Origin: Lepidodermella squamata
Lineage: Eukaryota; Animalia; Gastrotricha
Direction: 5' to 3'
Length of the DNA stretch: 64,000 nt
Assembly: GCA_047495785.1 (NCBI GenBank)
Contig: JBLDXI010000032.1
Span: 1,302,001 to 1,366,000 of the forward strand
This document shows, in pieces, positions 12,227 through 22,109 of this stretch (positions are counted from its first letter, which is position 1; each line of letters opens with the position of its first letter). The notes beneath the pieces were generated by a model. That model ran no database searches and was not told where the DNA came from. It saw only the letters and a list, made by a program, of their open reading frames with translations. Made by a program: the position numbers and the translations under genes.

Positions 12227-12564
12227 AAAGATTCGGCATAAAAATCCAAGAAATTCCTCATCCAGATTTATTCGCAACTTTAGCTGAAATTTTCATATTT
12301 CTTAATTGTGATATTTTCGTATATACTGAAACTTGTTGCTTATGTATAACCAAAAGTGCTTTTTTATAACAAAACATGATATTTCCATAAATAAATGAGC
12401 TTTTTTATTATATGTATTCCCGCGTTTTTTCACGATTGTAACGTTTCTGCGATCATTTCAACGAGTCTAGCGCCTTTTGCTGCGAAGAAGCAGCAGATCG
12501 TTATCAAATCGTAGCTCGAGACTTGGTTCATGATTCCGGCCGATTTCAACGCTTGAATGTGCTG
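12156..12564. repeat. Direct segmental duplication, copy 1 (functional FucT 3' end plus degenerate INTS15 3' end)
   Basis: Colinear with 15808-16218, e.g. CGCCCATGCGGCCGGCTGGAGGTCATTTTCATCTGA and CACGATTGTAACGTTTCTGCGATCATTTCAACGAGTCTAGC. The INTS15 part carries indels in this copy. Confidence 0.95.
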
Positions 12565-13099
12565 ACACATAATTTCAAAACTTTTGGAAAAATTTCAATT
12601 TCAATTAAAAAATTCAAGAAAATATCGATTAAAATGTCATTTTTTCCTCCATAGGGCTCTGATTGCAACAAAGCGGAAACTGGAAATAATACCGGTGATA
12701 GTATAATACGCCCTCAGAATTGTCGTTCCCAGCCCGGACTCAGCGTTTCGGAACGAGCTATGCCAGCTTTCAGCAAATTCAAGCTATTGGAAGCGGATGA
12801 GGGCAAATTCGGCCAATCAAAAGAAAGGCAAACGGCGTCTTTGCACTAGAGGTGGCGAAATTTTCTATGCTTCACTGGAACGTTCTGAGACATGTTTGGA
12901 GATTGTTTAACAAATAAATGCCTATTATTTCGCTAATTTGAATTTTTATTTTTATTAATAATGCGAGAAATACTGGCGATTCGTTCGTTTTTCGACATTA
13001 AAGTTCATCAAAGATGGGCAAAAAATATTTTTTGCAAATTAAAATTTTGAGGTCGGATGCTCACTTTTGCATATGCAATAATATCATAGGTTTTTGTCT

Positions 13100-13387
13100 T
13101 TAGTAGTAATACTTAGTATTTTGTCGGCATTCCATCCGCTCAGCCAATTTAGCAATACCGTAAGCAGTTAGCGTAGCCACCACAACAACTGCGCCAATCA
13201 GGACAATCGGAACCATCATGGCAGGAAGCGTAGCCGTCAAATATTTACCAAACACGATGGTACAAGGTTCGAAGCTTTCAATGTTTGATTTCTGCTCAAA
13301 AATACCAATAGCTTTCCACGTCCAAGCCATAATCTCTAAAAGTGCCACCAAAGGAATAATTGCTGATATTACAGCCGCAAAACCCAT
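13100..13387 (-). CDS. Small orphan protein with two hydrophobic segments, ~95 aa
   Basis: MGFAAVISAIIPLVALLEIMAW and LPAMMVPIVLIGAVVVVATLTAYGIA; a short GTAAGT...TTTTAG intron lies just upstream of the ATG. Confidence 0.45.
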   Translation of the reverse strand: MGFAAVISAIIPLVALLEIMAWTWKAIGIFEQKSNIESFEPCTIVFGKYLTATLPAMMVPIVLIGAVVVVATLTAYGIAKLAERMECRQNTKYYY

Positions 13388-13665
13388 CGTTTTATAAAAA
13401 TTAGCTCTAAAAGGCGAAAAAACATTTAAAATAGGACGCACTCTTCCATACTTACATTCGTATTTATGTTTGAAACTTCAACCTTTCATAAATAGTTGTT
13501 CATCAAATTTGAGCTGGAGTCATATAGGAAATGCTAAATGACTATTTCTTGTCTGATAGGCAGTGGGGTTTCGAATTTGTAGTTAATTTTGAAAGCGATT
13601 TCTGGTGACGTGCTAGAGCCTTGTGCCTTAAAATCAATCTTCTCCAAAACGCGAAACTCATGCTG

Positions 13666-13743
13666 AACCTAAACCTAACCCTAATCCTTACCATGCCCTA
13701 ACTCTGTCCCCACCCCTATTCCAGAAACCTAACCTTAACCCCC
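13666..13743. repeat. Degenerate CCTAAC/CCCTAA-rich tract
   Basis: AACCTAAACCTAACCCTAATCCTTACC...AACCTAACCTTAACCCC. Confidence 0.5.
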
Positions 13744-13837
13744 TACGATCATTGTTTTTTGATAAAAAAAATTGAATGAAATATTAATGAAAGGTCAACA
13801 TTTCAAGCATAAATATGAATGAAAAAATCACTTCGTT

Positions 13838-14346
13838 TTAAGAATGAAATGAATTATTAACACCTCCTGATCCTGATTCCTGATCGTGATCTTGACCTCT
13901 ATAGAAACGTCTCAAAGTCTTAGCTAAGACAAACACAACCCAGCCAATTGCTGTAAGTCCGTACAAATTCTGCGCGCTCATCTTGAATCTTATATTACAC
14001 AGTAAATTGTAGCCAGTTTTTGCGGCACTCTCTGAATTGCCAGTATCAATATTCATCGATATGGAAGCGTCAATGAAACAAACAATCAGCGACATGACCA
14101 AAATTGCTGCAACAGCAAGGGAGACCGCCTGTCGAACTCGCCTGTCGGTGTTCCCATTTTCGGTCGCATTTTCGGTGTTCCCAATCCTTGATGTGAATAA
14201 TTTAGAGACAAGTTGAAGTTAATTTCTGCATAAAATATGTGACTGTTAACAAGTGAAAAGTGGGGTTTGGCGAATTCAAGATCAATGAACAAGTGGTCAA
14301 ACGATATCAAGAAGAAGATGATAGTCATCACGGCTGCTGAGATCAT
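13838..14346 (-). CDS. Membrane-protein-like coding segments; possibly 3' exons of the RING gene or a separate small TM gene; model unresolved
   Basis: Hydrophobic runs ISAAVMTIIFFLISF, AVSLAVAAILVMSLIVCFI and LYGLTAIGWVVFVLA in two frames. Confidence 0.35.
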
Positions 14347-14644
14347 GGGCTTCAAAGTTTACCCGTGAAAATTGCCAATTTCGAAAAAATCCGCGCTTCA
14401 ACAATTCAATTTTTTTAATTGCATTGTAATTGTTTAATAATTCGTCGCGCAATAACTTTTTTTCTTATGCGAAGTTGAGATATTCTGCGGGAATCTGGGG
14501 TGAGGAATCTAGTTATAGATAGTCAGAAAGTTGAAAGGTATCAAGCTAGGGCTTCAACCTAAATCGATAAGCCTTTTCGGTGACACTTTGGGTGGATTTT
14601 GAGGTGGATGGCGTGTCCCATAAGTAACGCAGGCAAAGAAAATA

Positions 14645-14815
14645 CATGGCCAGAAAAATTTTAGAAAAATTAAAAAAATCACGAGAGTAGAAATTAAGAA
14701 CGTCACTTGTTAATGGGATTAAAAAGTCCGCAGAAATCAACCGGGTAAAACACCGAAAATTACCGAACCAGTTACCTTCGGGGTTTTCTCCGGTAAATTT
14801 GTTATTTCTCCGGTT
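14645..14815. repeat. Dispersed repeat family C
   Basis: CATGGCCAGAAA...ACCGAAAATTACCGAACCAGTTACC...GTTTTCTCCGGTAAATTT is the approximate reverse complement of 38561-38697. Confidence 0.7.
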
Positions 14816-14984
14816 AAATCGCAGATAAATTTAATATCTGGTAGGTTTAATGTAAAAAAAAATCCTCAAGAAAAACTCGGCCATCTTCGAGACAACAGAC
14901 AACACGCTTATGCCATTTGCTAGAAAATACGCAAACCCCAATTTTCACTTGTTAAAGGTCATTTGTAATCACTAACAAACTTAC

Positions 14985-15226
14985 ATGTGTGGCGAATCAT
15001 CTTTGAAGTAATCTCTGCGGGGATCATTGTAATCTGACTGACCCAGGCCATATACCGGTATAGTGTAGCGAGCAATTTGGCGACAAATGGGACAGTTCCT
15101 TGTGGCAGACAATAGCGCAGCTTGACATTGCCAGCATAGCACGTGACCACATTGCAAGGCGATTGGATGTAGAGCTTCATCCTTACAAACAGGGCATTTG
15201 TAAAAAAATTCGTCGTTTAATGCCAT
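14985..15226 (-). CDS. First exon of a C3HC4 RING E3 ligase, RNF5/RNF185-like
   Basis: CPVC...CGHVLCWQC...CPIC followed by IPVYGLGQSDYNDPR, resembling the RNF5/185 post-RING motif VPLYGRG...DPR. Donor AT|gtaagt at 14984. Confidence 0.7.
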
Positions 15227-15807
15227 TTTCTAAGCGTTGCACAAGTGTCTTTTAATTTTTTATTTGGGATTAATATATGAACAATTTTTATGTATCAAAA
15301 AATTTGAATCAGAATTGAAAGATGAGTCATAGCACGCCGCATAAAGTCGCACGCGCGAATGAAACGCTCGCGATCCAATTGGTTGAGGCTTATTGCGGAA
15401 CTCGAACTCCAAAAACTCCAAGAAATAAAATATTTTAAAATTTAAAATCAACTTGGAATAAGTACCTATGAAAAAGGGAAAATACAAAAATTTTGCCTGT
15501 TATTCCACGCACCACGCATATCGAACCCTAGTGCGCTGTTATTCTCCTGAATTTCGGACTTTTTGTTGCGCATTAAATGCGAGCGCAATACATGCAGAAC
15601 TGGGCCGATTTATCGCCTGTGTGTGCAGCCGACCTGCCCTGACCTGCCTTGGCTTTGATGATAAAAATGCTCATGAAATCACATTTTTATTTTTTACTTT
15701 TTAATTAAAAGATGAATTTTAGTAATATTTTGAAAATTCATGTCTGATGGCTGCGTGAGGTTTTTACTCTTGTAGCGAGTGGGCTCTCGCACGATTGCAT
15801 TGTAAAA

Positions 15808-16218
15808 ACTCGAATAAAAAATTGCTAAATTTCATGAGATTTCGCCCATGCGGCCGGCTGGAGGTCATTTTCATCTGAAAAAAATCGGCATAAAAATCCA
15901 TGAAATTCCTTATCCAGATTTATTCGCAAATTTAGCTGAAATTTTCATATTTCTTCATTGTGATATTTTCCTATACTGGAAATTGTTGATTATGTATAAC
16001 CAAAAGTGCTTTTTTTTATAACAAAACATGATATTTCCACAAATAAATGGGCTTTTTTATTATATATTTCCGCGTTTTTTTCACGATTGTAACGTTTCTG
16101 CGATCATTTCAACGAGTCTAGCACCGGATTGCGGCGTGAATTTGCTGCGAAGAAGCAGCAGATCGTCGCGCGAGACTTGCTGCATGATTCCGGCCGATTT
16201 CAACGCTTGAATGTGCTG
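15808..16218. repeat. Direct segmental duplication, copy 2 (orphan FucT tail plus functional INTS15 3' end)
   Basis: Encodes SNKKLLNFMRFRPCGRLEVIFI* on + with no upstream FucT sequence; INTS15 C-terminus intact on -. Confidence 0.95.
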
Positions 16219-19200
16219 TAGTAGCCGGATAATCGGGACATCGAGCAGGGTTGATATCATGGTCGGTACGCCGATCATTAAGGCGGCTTCGGTGAAGAGC
16301 TGGAAGGACAGCCCAGTCAACTCGGATGACGTCAGCCTCGGGTATGGCGCATTGCCTGCTTGGCCTTTACAGCTAGAGAAAAAAACAAGAAAATCAACTC
16401 ATTTAACGAAAAACCCTCAATTCTTATCGTGTGAAAATTAAAATTAAAATCGAAAAAAAATAATTAGGCTCGAAAATTACGTCTGGGCAGTATTTTTAAA
16501 TAGGCTCTTGGAATTATCAAGCCAAGCATGAATTTAATAGAAAGCTGTAACAGGCTATACTTCTCTCTGGAAACCGGAGCTAAAGATGCTGGACGAAAAA
16601 GGGTAATAGAGCTCGTAATCCATTAATTTTCCCACACTGGTCTCATGTCCAAAACGCGAACAGGCCAATATGGAATTTCTGAAGCGTTTTTGGTAATTTT
16701 CGCGCTTCGCTTTCAGCTAGAATGGAAATAATCCCAAGTCATCGCTCACAATTACTAAAAACTCGCCAAATAGCTGCAAATTTGATCATTGAATCTTTGA
16801 TTTACTGGAGGTCTCTTGTTGGATCCTCCATCTTTGATTTACGGCTGAACTCACTACAATTATGCGAGCAATTCATCCATTAGGTATTGGGCATCCCTGA
16901 GGCTTTTAAACAGAAAGTATGTCAAAATTTATCAGTCGTTTATGCTAATACGAATGGCTTGGAATGCTTTGAATGCCATCAGGGACCACTGCAGACTGCG
17001 CCTTCCCTCTATCGACAGTTTTCAACCTCTACTACTCAATCATCGGTTATTCTATTCCCGCAACCAACGGCTATTTCGACCCCGCAGCAACAGGCTATTT
17101 CAACCCAGCAAGCACCGGCAATCTCGGGTGATGAGAATTGCGTTGAATTCCTTGAAGCGTGCGCGGCATCTTCCCCGCGCATGCCGGAATTGAACGACTA
17201 TTCCGAATCCTTCCTACAGTCGGAAATCAACCTGTGCCGGTGAACCCCGTGCCCGGAAGTTCTTCCAAAATGACCTACCAAATTCTCACGCTCACCTACC
17301 AAATTAGCGGAATTTCGGAAAGAACGATTTGAACCATCGTTGAAATGGTGATTGCGATGTTACCATACAGCGGTGTCGACCAAAGATGTTCTGGGCGGTA
17401 GCTGCGGCCTACGCAGTGTAAATTGTGAACAGGATTCCGCACTTTGTATTTTCGCCTCGTAGTTTTTCGACTTGAAATGTTTGTGACGGTTAAAAACTAT
17501 AATTCCATATTATCTATTTCTCATTAACTGCGCACGCTTCTTCAAAATTACCAGATTAATAAATTTAAACACAATATTTTAGCAAGATACTTGTGCAGTT
17601 TCGAGTCATTTTATTTCATTAAGATGTTATATATATTCGTACATATGTATTCGTACAAAGTGCCCATCGTCAGGCAATATCTCAGAAAATGCCCTACGAT
17701 TCGATACTAACATCTATCGGTTCGGTACTCAGCTTAATAAATTTGTGGGAAATAATCTTCTAAAAATTCCTGATTCAATTATTTCCATAAAATTCTCAAA
17801 TTACTAATTTATCAATCTCACTGACTCACTGAGGCAGCAGTTCAAGGATCTGAGTATTAAATATCACTCAACGTCGAACTGGTCTTCACCAGCCGTACGA
17901 TTGTGAGAAATTTCCTGCCAAAGAAAAAAGCTGCCTATGATCAATACTCAAAGCGTGGTATATTACTCCAAATTTACTCGGTGCGACGCCGACTAAGCAG
18001 GTATGACCACCAAGCACCTACACCAACGAATTGACCAACACCGGTATATAGAACGTGGGCTGCCTCGAGTCGAAGTTTACTGTCCTCGCGAAGTGCAGAT
18101 CGAAGTTAGACTGCCTCGTATATGAAATGCTATTCATCCGCGAGAAAAATTGATCAATCAACACTGTTATTGTGTCTGCATGTAAATATTTTTTCTTTCG
18201 TGAACTCTGCATTTTCGATGCGCTTGTGTTTTTTCTTTTATTGTGTTATTTTTGTTTTGATATCGTAAAATTTCAAATTGTAAAAAATTGAGATTGACAA
18301 AAATTCTTTTAAAAAATCAGGAATATCTCTGTATACTATTAATTTAGTCGCTTCCAAAGCCGGTTTGACTTGTGTTTTCTGTCTATATCGGACTTTTTAA
18401 ACTTCCCACGTCTAAAAATCGCTCCGAATTAGGAAAAATCCGGTTAACAGACTCCGGTTTACAATTTTTGATAATTCGATTATTTCCAAAGATAAGTTAC
18501 TCACCTGAAAGCAGCAAGAAGTAGACTAGAATTGAGCCTATCAGCGATAGATTGCAACTTCTTCACCGCGTTCCGGTCGACCGACTGCAGCCAATTCGCG
18601 TTGGCAGTGTTCATAATGGTGGTCTGGGTTACAGCAGTCGCCGTGGTTATCAAAACGATAAAATTCGAAAGACTGGCTATGAGCGAGTTGGAACCAGTTG
18701 GCGAACAGATCAAAATATTAGGAAATTCAGATAGCCATTCTACAATGACTTCAAGCCATGGTAAGCTGAACTGGTCGGGCGTGAAAGCTGAAGAGAAAAA
18801 ATTACCAAAAAATTAAGAAAATATGTTAATTTCTTACTTTGCAACCGCATTTGCCTGGCCGATAGCAAAGCACCTTGAGCGAGAACCGAGGCGAAGGGCA
18901 GCGATAATTTGCTCAATTGCCGAACTGATTGAAACGCATTAGGACACAAAACTTGGTAGTCAGTAGTCAACGAGAAAAAAACGGCCTGAAGAACGGGCGA
19001 AGGGCACGCCTCTAAAATATGAGCCAGTCTGTGAAGAACCGCCGGCGATCCCATTCCGGTCGCGAGTGAGGCTAATTGGCAGATGCTCAGGTAAAACCCG
19101 GCTTTAAGGTGGCTTTCAAAAATCGAGGTTAGGAAAAACGGGCCGGCTGATGATAACAACTCGCCGCCGCCTCGCCTAGCACACCGTTCAATAATCGCCA

Positions 19201-19417
19201 ATAAAATTTGAAATTCGACGACGGGTGACATATCGGGGGTCAAAACTAGACTGCCGCTTTGATTTCGGGCCAGGGGCAGAATTCGATCGGCAATCGCCGC
19301 GATTTGCCCGGCGTCAGCTCGGCTGTCAACGGCCATTTCTAGCTGGTACAACGCAATTTCATACGGCGGAGCGTACGGCCCGGGCGGTTGAGGTGGATTA
19401 ACAGCGGCAGAAATCAT
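16081..19417 (-). CDS. INTS15: Integrator complex subunit 15 (C7orf26) homologue, ~384 aa
   Basis: Exons 19417-18838, 18787-18505, 16372-16081 join in frame. Motifs matching remembered human C7orf26: EFQIL, QLASLA..PAVL, TDYQVLCP, LEVIVEWLSEFP (LEMIVTWIFEDP), RLLQHIQ...SRDDL (RLAQALQ...TRDDL). Confidence 0.82.
17840..18165 (+). mobile_element. Decayed Penelope-like retroelement fragment (GIY-YIG endonuclease) in INTS15 intron 2
   Basis: Hand translation gives VELVFTSRTI, NTQSVVYY..RCDAD*AGMTTKHLHQRIDQHR and SKFTVLAKCRSKLDCLVYEMLFIREK, with stops and frameshifts. Confidence 0.75.
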
Positions 19418-19521
19418 TGAAAATAAAACTCGTTCTAAAAAACATATTTATTACGTACAATTCATCCATACAAAAAAATCGACATAAATTAGCACTTTCA
19501 CGGTGGATTTTTTTTTAAGAA

Positions 19522-19887
19522 TTATTGTTCTTTAATATCGCGTGATTTCGCGTTAACATCAATCGCTATTGGATTCGCCTGCATAAATCGGTCCAGATAC
19601 AGCAATTGTTTCTCCATTTCGCTGTTAAGCGAGCAAAGTTGACTAGATAGCAGGAAAGTTTTTTGTAGGGTTGTCGATGACGTTTCGATTGTTCGATCCT
19701 GACCCGCAAATGTCTTGGCCGTGCTCATCAAAAGTTCTTGCGAGCCGCTGCCTTTTAAAACCAGCTTGCACAACGCGGCCAATTCGGCTACAGAACCAGC
19801 TGCTTTGTCGTTCAATTTCGATTTAACAGCATGGTACGGCAGTGCCGATGCTGATAGCGGCGGTGGTGATGTGGGCACTTGAGACAT
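19522..19887 (-). CDS. BORCS7: BLOC-1-related complex subunit 7 (C10orf32), intronless
   Basis: VKSKLNDK...ALCKLVLKGSGSQELL..TAK...QDRTI..S..TLQK matches remembered BORCS7 (VKGLLTEK...ALTKQVLKGSRSSELL). Confidence 0.88.
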   Translation of the reverse strand: MSQVPTSPPPLSASALPYHAVKSKLNDKAAGSVAELAALCKLVLKGSGSQELLMSTAKTFAGQDRTIETSSTTLQKTFLLSSQLCSLNSEMEKQLLYLDRFMQANPIAIDVNAKSRDIKEQ

Positions 19888-19938
19888 TTAATTAAAATCC
19901 CTATTAACAAATATCGAATATTAAAATATGGCACCTAT

Positions 19939-20274
19939 TTATTTGAGTGGCTGAATTTTTTTCTCTTCGTAGTCTTTTACAACTTGTTCATAAGTTTGTC
20001 CATAAGGCAGAGGTACAGATGGGTGGGGATGATACATCCATTCATCCAAATCGTTTTCTCGTCGAAGAACGCAGAAATACAGCATGAAAGCCGCGGTTGA
20101 TACACTGACGATTAAGCGCTGGTATCGCGGCCTGTTTCGAAACCCACGATCGAAGAATGTATCGACAGATTCGTAGTTATTCGCTTTCGACTCTGAAAAT
20201 TTGACAGCATCGCCGCGTTTCGGAGCTGACGATAGCAATCGTCGAGCTACCGTTGTAACAGCACTTCTTAACAT
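19939..20274 (-). CDS. UQCC4: Complex III assembly factor UQCC4 (C16orf91/CCSMST1), intronless
   Basis: Mitochondrial-type presequence MLRSAVTTVARRLLSS, VKFSESKA, RPRYQ, single TM, and YFCVLRRENDLD motif. ATG at 20274. Confidence 0.85.
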   Translation of the reverse strand: MLRSAVTTVARRLLSSAPKRGDAVKFSESKANNYESVDTFFDRGFRNRPRYQRLIVSVSTAAFMLYFCVLRRENDLDEWMYHPHPSVPLPYGQTYEQVVKDYEEKKIQPLK

Positions 20275-20361
20275 CAAAATATCTATGTAGAAAATTACAT
20301 CAAAATGTCAACAAAATGTCTACAAAAGGAAGTTTACTCGAGAGATAACAAAACAGATTTC

Positions 20362-21150
20362 TTAAATAGCATCCGATGAAAGGCAATCCAAAATTGACAC
20401 TAGCTTTAATTTCACGTAGCTGCGCTGCTCGTCATCCATATCGCAAATTGAGGTGGATATGGTTGTTTTCAAATTAGAGAGCAGATCACTGGTTGTGAAA
20501 GATTTGAAAACATCAATCGATGAAACAGTTTCATCTTCTGTGACGTTACGAGCTATATCAACGAGTGACTGCATTAGACTTTCCCGGGTTTGTTCAAGTC
20601 GTTTCGCTGAAATCGAGCTCCGGGAACGTTGAGTTGATAGCTCACTTTCTAAGCGGTTAATCGCAGTTTTCAACGAGTCCGTGTGAGCAGATAACAAGGC
20701 ACTCTGCTGCTGCGCCTCGCCGACCTCTTTTTGCAAACGACGGAATTCCTTTTCCCGTTCACGGTTATGAGCAATGAAAGCTTGAGTAAAAATCGGAATT
20801 TGATGCTCTTTCTCGCCATTTTCCTTTTGAGTTTCGACGTATTTCGCATTGGATGCTTGACGCTCATTTTCAGCGCGAGCCTGTTCGTTGTATCTCTCAC
20901 GCTCCTCTTGATTTAAATTACGCCAAACACCCCCAATCGTAGTAAGATAATCCTTAGGATTGAGGTTGGGAGATTCAACTTTTAGTCGAGGAAGACGTTC
21001 TTTCAAGAACATATGATAGGCTGTGGCAACTTTCTTCTTCGTGACTCCGTCTCCGTTGCCTTGTTTAGCTTGGTTCTGAGGTTTTCTCTTTACTACTTTC
21101 TTTGCTACTTTCTTCTGCGGCTGGGATGTTTCGCCATTTGATTCGGACAT
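20362..21150 (-). CDS. HMG20: HMG20A/B-like HMG-box plus coiled-coil chromatin protein; CDS intronless
   Basis: HMG box TAYHMFLKE...IGGVWRNLNQEERERY followed by IPIFTQAFIAHNREREKEFRRLQK (HMG20 IPIFTEEFL..KAREAELR.LRK). Confidence 0.85.
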   Translation of the reverse strand: MSESNGETSQPQKKVAKKVVKRKPQNQAKQGNGDGVTKKKVATAYHMFLKERLPRLKVESPNLNPKDYLTTIGGVWRNLNQEERERYNEQARAENERQASNAKYVETQKENGEKEHQIPIFTQAFIAHNREREKEFRRLQKEVGEAQQQSALLSAHTDSLKTAINRLESELSTQRSRSSISAKRLEQTRESLMQSLVDIARNVTEDETVSSIDVFKSFTTSDLLSNLKTTISTSICDMDDEQRSYVKLKLVSILDCLSSDAI

Positions 21151-21947
21151 ATTAGGCGGAAATAATCAGGTGCTTTAACGATGCCTAAATAATAGAACAT
21201 TAAAAGCTCGTGTATTAGACATTTTTCCGAAGCGTTCAGTAGTTTCAACACATGCTTAACAATAAAACGAAGGTTTTTCCGCCGCGAAAACCGAAAAGTG
21301 ATGGAAACACTCTCCTTGAAACGGAGAATGAAGACGGAAAATCGGACACTTTCGGCGGCGGAGACTGACTCTAGAAAACAAACAAAAACAAAGAAAGAGA
21401 AACAAGAGAGATCAAATGGCGGATATTGGTTGCAGACGCAGAAATACCGCGCATTTGTAATTTTTATTGACATATAAATACACATTCTACAAAAAAAGTT
21501 ATTATTTGACAAATAATTTATAATTTATTCACAGGATTTTTCTTAGTTACATTGAGCTTCCCTAGTTTCGAGGGCTGTCTGGGACCATCAGCGACCCCAC
21601 CGTTTCTTCGTAAAGAAGTGGCGTGGGCACAAAGCTATTTAAAACTGGCTAATAATTTTTCGGCTTGGTTGATACTTTCATCATTTTCTGATACTTACCT
21701 ATGGCAAAGTAAACAATTGATTGATTCCAGGACAGCACATTTTTCTGTGGACTGTTCGTCAAGAAATAAGCCGGCTTCCGGCTTGGAACAACAACAATTC
21801 TATGTATATTGCCAATGCCTTTTCAAATTTCGAAAAATGTTTGTTGAGGATGAAAACCTTGTTTAGACCCTCCTTGAAGGTTTTACTGTCTTCGACGCTG
21901 TCGCTGACAAGGTCGCGGAAATATTATATTTCTTGAAGTTGTAACCT

Positions 21948-21961
21948 GTTGCCAGGGTAGT
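21948..21961 (+). promoter_or_regulatory. Imperfect RFX X-box upstream of the LRR gene
   Basis: GTTGCCAGGGTAGT versus consensus GTTGCCATGGCAAC, ~150 nt before the predicted ATG. Confidence 0.35.
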
Positions 21962-22109
21962 TGAGCGATGGCAAGGCGAATACGATCAGACGATCAGTAT
22001 AATACTGTTTAACTGCTCGCAAACCCAACACGTAGCTCTTAATCCGAATATTTATATTAATTATTGTTTGTTTATAGATGTTACTATTCCCGAGAGAAAG
22101 TGAACACTC

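Noticed and set aside
12655-12910. Exon-like segment with IIPVIV...YWKRM resembling a TIR-domain end
   Set aside because: In-frame stop and too little similarity to support a call.
13666-13743. Interstitial telomere
   Set aside because: Too degenerate, only isolated CCCTAA units; such tracts are common in small repeats.
14329-14346. MISAAV also starts INTS15 at 19417
   Set aside because: Codons differ and similarity does not extend; coincidence.
16887-17243. 118-aa ORF in INTS15 intron 2 as a nested gene
   Set aside because: TTG start, no recognisable domain, surrounded by transposon debris.
19901-19934. Cis-intron joining UQCC4 3' UTR to BORCS7 (AG|GTGCC...TAG)
   Set aside because: Would be 34 nt, below the 48-58 nt short introns seen in this window, with a weak donor.
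21692-21710. ATACTTACCT resembling the 5' end of U1 snRNA
   Set aside because: No U1 stem-loops or Sm site follow; it reads as a minus-strand splice donor (AG|GTAAGTAT).
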